This document shows positions 61,651 to 64,000 of a stretch of 64,000 nt of DNA, in pieces (position 1 is the stretch's first letter; each line of letters opens with the position of its first letter). The DNA lies in contig NC_087436.1 of the NCBI RefSeq assembly GCF_036321535.1, positions 4,588,001-4,652,000 of the forward strand, written 5' to 3'. This DNA is from Camelus dromedarius. Taxonomy: Eukaryota. Made by a program: the position numbers and the translations under genes. The notes under the pieces were generated by a model, which ran no database searches, had not been told where the DNA came from, and worked only from the letters and a program-made list of their open reading frames with translations.

Positions 61651-62039
61651 AAAGCTTTTGTATTGTTAAAGAACTACTTCTCAATAAATCGGTCTTGAAT
61701 TCATTATTTGGTATTTCTGGTTGATGTTACCAGTATTGTAGCTTTCAAATGATGGAGCTGGAATTCTGGAGTAAAAGTGCCCAGGTCCAAACCCTGGCTC
61801 TTCCATTTACTCTAAAAACAAGTGTGAAAGTAGCTCTTCTGGGTTCAGAGGAGGAGGTCAGCTGGCCTTTCTCAGTGACATGAGGGTGCCTGCTGCCTGG
61901 CAGAATGCTGGTGGCCTGCCTGTCCTGTTCTAACTGGTGCCCTGGGTTTGGTGGGAAGCGGGCTCGGCATGTCCTTCTTTGCTGATCTGTCAGGTGGGGA
62001 GAAGGGCAGGAGTTAATGGCTGTGTCTTGCCCTTTCAAG

Positions 62040-62173
62040 GAAGGATTGCTGGATGTAGAGAAATTAGAGTGTGAGGATGAGCTGACCGGCACCGAGATCA
62101 GCTGCTTACGTCTCAAGGGTCAGATGATCTACCTGCCTGAAGCGGACAGCATTCTCTTCCTGTGTTCACCAAG
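62040..62173 (+). CDS. GUCY1B1: sGC beta-1 exon 8 (PAS); gene continues beyond the window
   Basis: aag|GAAGGA...CCAAG|gtaatc; [44 protein letters not shown]; 134 nt. Confidence 0.96.
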
Positions 62174-64000
62174 GTAATCCTTTTTAGATTAATTATAATG
62201 GTTGCAAGTACCCACTGTTAGCTAACAAAGGAATTCGGTGACATTTTATTCAGTCGGGTGCACAAAGTGTAACTAGATTTTACAGCTCTGTTAAACTTCT
62301 CTCCATAATGAAGGTACTTTCATTTAACGTTTGTGATAAACTCGGAAGAAATCGTGAATTCTGTTTTATCTGCCATGTCTTAGCAATTTGCGGAGTGTTT
62401 ATGCTATTAGATCAGGGGATGCCTGATCTGAAGTTAGTTAATTCTGTGGCTCCGTACCTCCCAGAGAGATGTCACATAGACAACTGATTCTATAAAGCAT
62501 CTCGTACGATAGGTGAATATGTGGGTATATTTGGCACCCAAGAGATTACTTTTCTAATTATTTCTGGATTTAAACTTTTATATTAAAAATATTTAGCTAC
62601 TTTAACAGAGATACACTATGCAAAATACACTATTAAGTTGAAATTTATTTAAATTATATTATTTATGGTAAACTCCAGAGGGAAATAAAACTGTAAGTTG
62701 GTAGTTTCCCAATTTGACAAAGCGTTTTATTGAAAGATGCATAAGAATTCAGAGTTAGAAACCTGTATCGAAATTCACTTTAGGACAGCAGCAATACATA
62801 ATTGTAAAACTCAGTGTTAGGTGATATTTTGTGAATTTATTACTTTGTATAACCGAAATCTGGGCACATTGTTCAGTAAACACTCGAGAAAGCATGTTTT
62901 GGTGAGCTAGTGATTAAAAATTTAAAGTCCAAATGATCACTTTTTATTTGAAGATACTGTCTTAAAATTTCTGAAAAATCTAATAAATTTTGAAGCAACC
63001 TTCTTTAAAATTATAAATATAGTATTAAAGATTAGACTAATGATGGGTTTCTTCCCCCCTGAGAATATATATTATGGAAATAAAAGAGACAAAATTAGGG
63101 GACCCAAACTCTTTATGGTTTTTAAGCAATAACCTATGTGGCTGTCACTACATCTTCATCTGCTGTGTTTTTTCCTTCTGCCTCTTTCTTAGTTGAGCAT
63201 CAGCAGAATGACAGCTTCTCAACAGGGACAATTTCTGTTCATGGAGAAAAATGATTTCTTTAGAAACATAAGCAGGGAATCTGGAGTCTGTCTGCTAATC
63301 ACCACATGCAGAAATCGATTTCATAGAGACACACTCACAGCTTGATACATGCATGGGGCCTGCTCATGTGTATAGAAAATTTATACTCAAATTAACTAAG
63401 ACAGCAGCTAAAAGCAGTTTTACTTATAAAATAAATAATTCCAAGGTGATAGTTTAAATATAGGAGAAAAGTTAATAGCTCATTAAAATAATAAATAATA
63501 CATAAATTTTTAGAACAATGAGACTTATAATTTGATTAAGTTTTCTGTCTCCATATGAGCATATTTAACCATTCATTTTCATTTTAAGCTTATAATCATT
63601 TTTCCTCTGCTGCTGTCAGGTCTTGTGTACCATTTGGTGGGTGATCTGGCCTCTTTCCCGAGGGGTGTGTGTCAATTATAAACTCTTGGCTCATTTTATT
63701 TTTCTTCATTGGCATGCTAATTTTTGCCTTGATTTATGCACATTCCTGCTGAGAATGCATCACATGGAGACATTTTATTAATCCAAAATTCTTCAGTGAA
63801 GTCACAACTCCATTATGTTGCTTTAGAGAAATGATTATTGCTAATGACCAGACGTAATGACTTTGCATTTAACGAATTCAAGCCAATCATGTAACCGGAA
63901 GCCATTTTAGCCAAAGAATACATTTTTAGAAAGCAGTTAACTTTTCCCTTGCCAGATCTTCACTGAATCAATAAATACCATGTTCTAAAAATGACATAAG

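Noticed and set aside
1..64000. CRISPR arrays, operons, rRNA genes or mitochondrial inserts
   Set aside because: None seen; the window is intron-rich mammalian nuclear DNA

Overview
Mammalian genomic DNA, most likely a camelid: the SINEs are tRNA-Ala-like (Vic-1 type), and I see no Alu, Bov-tA, CHR or PRE-1. The window spans the tandem soluble guanylyl cyclase (NO receptor) locus, with both genes on the + strand. It contains the last coding exon of GUCY1A1 (alpha1; 3536-3737) with a probable ~7 kb 3'UTR, a repeat-rich intergenic spacer, and the CpG-island promoter plus coding exons 1-8 of GUCY1B1 (beta1; 977 coding nt, residues 1-325, H-NOX and most of PAS). GUCY1B1 continues past the window end. 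All seven GUCY1B1 introns seen are GT-AG and the spliced frame is open. Nearly all ORF-track entries are spurious. The rest is LTRs, short L1 3' ends with target-site duplications (TSDs), SINEs, old L2/MER remnants and (CA)n tracts. I found no convincing novel gene or system. The best leads are a perfect estrogen response element between the genes, a strong internal donor in beta1 intron 1, two same-family LTRs bracketing the alpha1 terminal exon, inverted L1s flanking in-frame exon 7, and patchy GC/CpG enrichment. Gene and repeat-family names come from recall, not database searches.
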